Below are positions 61,501-64,000 of a DNA stretch of 64,000 nucleotides, piece by piece. The translations under genes were made by a program, and so were the position numbers. This stretch comes from Eledone cirrhosa (taxonomy: Eukaryota). Numbering within the stretch: position 1 is the stretch's first letter; each line of letters opens with the position of its first letter. The notes beneath the pieces were generated by a model. The model did no database searches. It had not been told where the DNA came from and worked only from the letters and a program-made list of their open reading frames with translations. The stretch spans positions 59,458,001 through 59,522,000 of the forward strand of contig OZ024746.1 in NCBI GenBank assembly GCA_964016885.1, read 5' to 3'.

Positions 61501-64000
61501 TGTAGTGTCTATGTTGGTAGTTGTGGTGTTGTTGACTGTATGTTCTGTAGTGTCTATGTTGGTAGTTGTGGTGTTGTTGACTGTATGTTCTGTAGTGTCT
61601 ATGTTGGTAGTTGTTGTGCTATTGACTGTATGTTCTGTAGTGTCTATGTTGGTAGTTGTACAGTTGTTGACCGTATGTTCTGTAGTGTCTATGTTGGTAG
61701 TTGTACTGTTGTTGACTGTATGTTCTGTAGTGTCTATGGTGGTAAATTGTGGTGTTGTTGACTGTATGTTCTGTAGTGTCTATGGTGGTAGTTGTGGTGT
61801 TGTTGTCTGTATGTTCTGTAGTGTCTATGTTAGTAGTTATACTGTTGTTGACTGTATGTTCTATCGTGTCTATGTTAGTAGTTGTGGTGTTGTTGACTGT
61901 ATGTTCTGTAGTGTCTATGGTGGTAGTTGTGGTGTTGTTGACTGTATGTTCTGTAGTGTCTATGGTGGTAGTTGTGGTGTTGTTGACTGTATGTTCTGTA
62001 GTGTCTATGTTAGTAGTTGTACTGTTGTTGACTGTATGTTCTGTAGTGTCTATGGTGGTAGTTGTGGTGTTGTTGACTGTATGTTCTGTAGTGTCTATGG
62101 TGGTAGTTGTGGTGTTGTTGACTGTATGTTCTGTAGTGTCTATGTTAGTAGTTGTGGTGTTGTTGACTGTATGTTCTGTAGTGTCTATGTTGGTAGTTGT
62201 GGTGTTGTTGACTGTATGTTCTCTAGTGTCTATGTTGGTAGTTGTGGTGTTGTTGACTGTATGTTCTATAGTGTCTATGTTGGTAGTTGTACAGTTGTTG
62301 ACTGTATGTCCTGTAGTGTCTATGTTAGTAGTTGTACTGTTGTTGACTGTATGTTCTGTAGTGTCTATGTTGGTAGTTGTGGTGTTGTTGACTGTATGTT
62401 CTATAGTGTCTATGTTGGTAGTTGTGGTGTTGTTGACTGTATGTTCTGTAGTGTCTATGTTGGTAGTTGTGGTGTTGTTGACTGTATGTTCTGTAGTATC
62501 TATGTTGGTAGTTGTCGTGTTGTTGACTGTACGTTCTCTAGTGTCTATGTTGGTAGTTGTGGTGTTGTTGACTGTATGTTCTATAGTGTCTATGTTGGTA
62601 GTTGTGGTGTTGTTGAGTGTATGTTCTGTAGCGTCTATGTTGGTAGTTGTGGTGTTGTTGACTGTATGTTCTGTAGTATCTATGTTGGTAGTTGTAGTGT
62701 TGTTGTCTGTATGTTCTGTAGTATGTATGTTGGTAGTTGTGGTGTTGTTGACTGTATGTTCTGTAGTGTCTATGTTGGTAGTTGTGGTGTTGTTGACTGT
62801 ATGTTCTGTAGTGTCAATGGTGGTAGTTGTGGTGTTGTTGACTGTATGTTCTGTAGTGTCTATGTTGGTAGTTGTGGTGTTGTTGACTGTATGTTCTGTA
62901 GTGTCTATGTTGGTAGTTGTACTGTTGTTGACTGTATGTTCTGTAGTGTCTATGTTGGTAGTTGGGGTGTTGTTGACTGTATGTTCTGTAGTGTCTATGT
63001 TGGTAGTTGTACAGTTGTTTACTGTATGTTCTGTAGTGTCTATGTTGGTAGTTGTAGTGTTGTTGACTGTATGTTCTGTAGTGTCTATGTTGGTAGTTGT
63101 AGTGTTGTTGACTGTATGTTCTGTAGTGTGTATGTTGGTAGTTGTACTGTTGTTGACTGTATGTTCTGTAGTGTCTATGTTGGTAGTTGTAGTGTTGTTG
63201 ACTGTATGTTCTGTAGTGTCTATGTTGGTAGTTGTGGTGTTGTTGACTGTATGTTCTGTAGTGTCTATGTTGGTAGTTGTGGTGTTGTTGACTGTATGTT
63301 CTGTAGTGTCTATGTTGGTAGTTGTGGTGTTGTTGACTGTATGTTCTGTAGTGTCTATGTTGGTAGTTGTACTGTTGTTGACTGTACGTTCTGTAGTGTC
63401 TATGTTAGTAGTTGTGGTGTTGTTGACTGTATGTTCTGTAGTGTCTATGTTGGTAGTTGTGTTGTTGACTGTATGTTCTGTAGTGTCTATGTTGGTAGTT
63501 GTTGTGCTGTTGACTGTATGTTCTGTAGTGTCTATGTTGGTAGTTGTACAGTTGTTGACTGTATGTTCTGTAGTGTCTATGTTGGTAGTTGTACTGTTGT
63601 TGACTGTCTGTTCTGTAGTGTCTATGGTGGTAGTTGTGGTGTTGTTGTCTGTATGTTCTGTAGTGTCTATGTTAGTAGTTGTACTGTTGTTGACTGTATG
63701 TTCTATCGTGTCTATGTTAGTAGTTGTGGTGTTGTTGACTGTATGTTCTGTAGTGTCTATGGTGGTAGTTATGGTGTTGTTGACTGTATGTTCTGTAGTG
63801 TCTATGGTGGTAGTTGTGGTGTTGTTGACTGTATGTTCTGTAGTGTCTATGTTAGTAGTTGTACTGTTGTTGACTGTATGTTCTGTAGTGTCTATGGTGG
63901 TAGTTGTGGTGTTGTTGACTGTATGTTCTGTAGTGTCTATGGTGGTAGTTGTGGTGTTGTTGACTGTATGTTCTGTAGTGTCTATGGTGGTAGTTGTGGT
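57050..64000. repeat. Tandem duplication of an 85-monomer block (period 3820 bp), second copy cut by the window end
   Basis: The GGTAAATT insertion is at 57921 and 61741; ORF ends are 57941/61761 (+3820 = 85x45 - 5). ACGTTCTCTA (58711/62531) and GTAGCGTC (58808/62628) recur at the same offset. Confidence 0.9.

Larger units (their letters stand above)
1..64000. repeat. 45-bp tandem satellite/minisatellite array, about 1,420 head-to-tail monomers, open at both window ends
   Basis: Consensus CTGTATGTTCTGTAGTGTCTATGTTGGTAGTTGTGGTGTTGTTGA recurs every 45 bp from base 1 to the end, usually with 0-3 substitutions per unit. Consensus composition is T22 G15 A5 C3 (82% G+T on the + strand, 40% GC, no CpG). 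All ORF translations show a 15-aa period. Confidence 0.99.

Noticed and set aside
348-61761. Very hydrophobic (LLTVCSVVSMLVVVV)n ORFs resembling multi-pass membrane proteins
   Set aside because: They follow from the G/T-rich composition (GTN = Val, TTG = Leu). There are essentially no charged loops, and ORFs switch into the Cys frame at indels, which is typical of non-coding repeats.
1-64000. CRISPR array or other repeat-spacer system
   Set aside because: Units are directly adjacent with no unique spacers, the repeat is not palindromic, and no cas or other genes are present.
1-64000. Telomerase-synthesised telomeric tract
   Set aside because: No canonical telomere motif is present and the 45-bp unit is longer than typical telomerase templates. 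Ordered variants shared between kb-scale blocks indicate DNA duplication, not repeated copying of one RNA template.
1-64000. G-quadruplex, hairpin or inverted-repeat structure
   Set aside because: The consensus has only two GG doublets per 45 bp and no GGG tracts apart from rare TGGGG/TGGG variants. The scarcity of C and A on the + strand precludes stable stems, and no inverted segment was seen.
1-64000. Programmed diversification (DGR, antigenic-variation cassettes or programmed frameshifting) as the source of monomer variants
   Set aside because: Variants are not adenine-specific, there is no RT/recombinase or expression site, and variant order is inherited in blocks, which ordinary satellite turnover explains.

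Overview
The whole 64-kb window is one uninterrupted head-to-tail tandem array (satellite/large minisatellite) of a 45-bp monomer, consensus CTGTATGTTCTGTAGTGTCTATGTTGGTAGTTGTGGTGTTGTTGA. There are about 1,420 copies (64000/45), all in one orientation, and the array runs off both edges. I see no unique sequence, spacer, RNA gene, transposon or credible gene. The long ORFs arise because 45 is a multiple of 3 and four of the six frames of the consensus lack stop codons; they mostly start and end at 1-4 bp indels. The informative signal lies in the variant monomers. They reveal successive tandem duplications of irregular size (1 to about 108 monomers), zones with distinct variant families, and a 9.3-kb indel-free left segment. 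The commonest substitutions fall at one codon position and are silent in a minus-strand Thr/Asn-rich, mucin-like frame (VNNTTTTNIDTTEHT)n. The host organism cannot be identified from this sequence, and I cannot support a novel protein-coding system here. Duplication boundaries are approximate (about +/-100 bp); the offsets are exact, taken from diagnostic variants.
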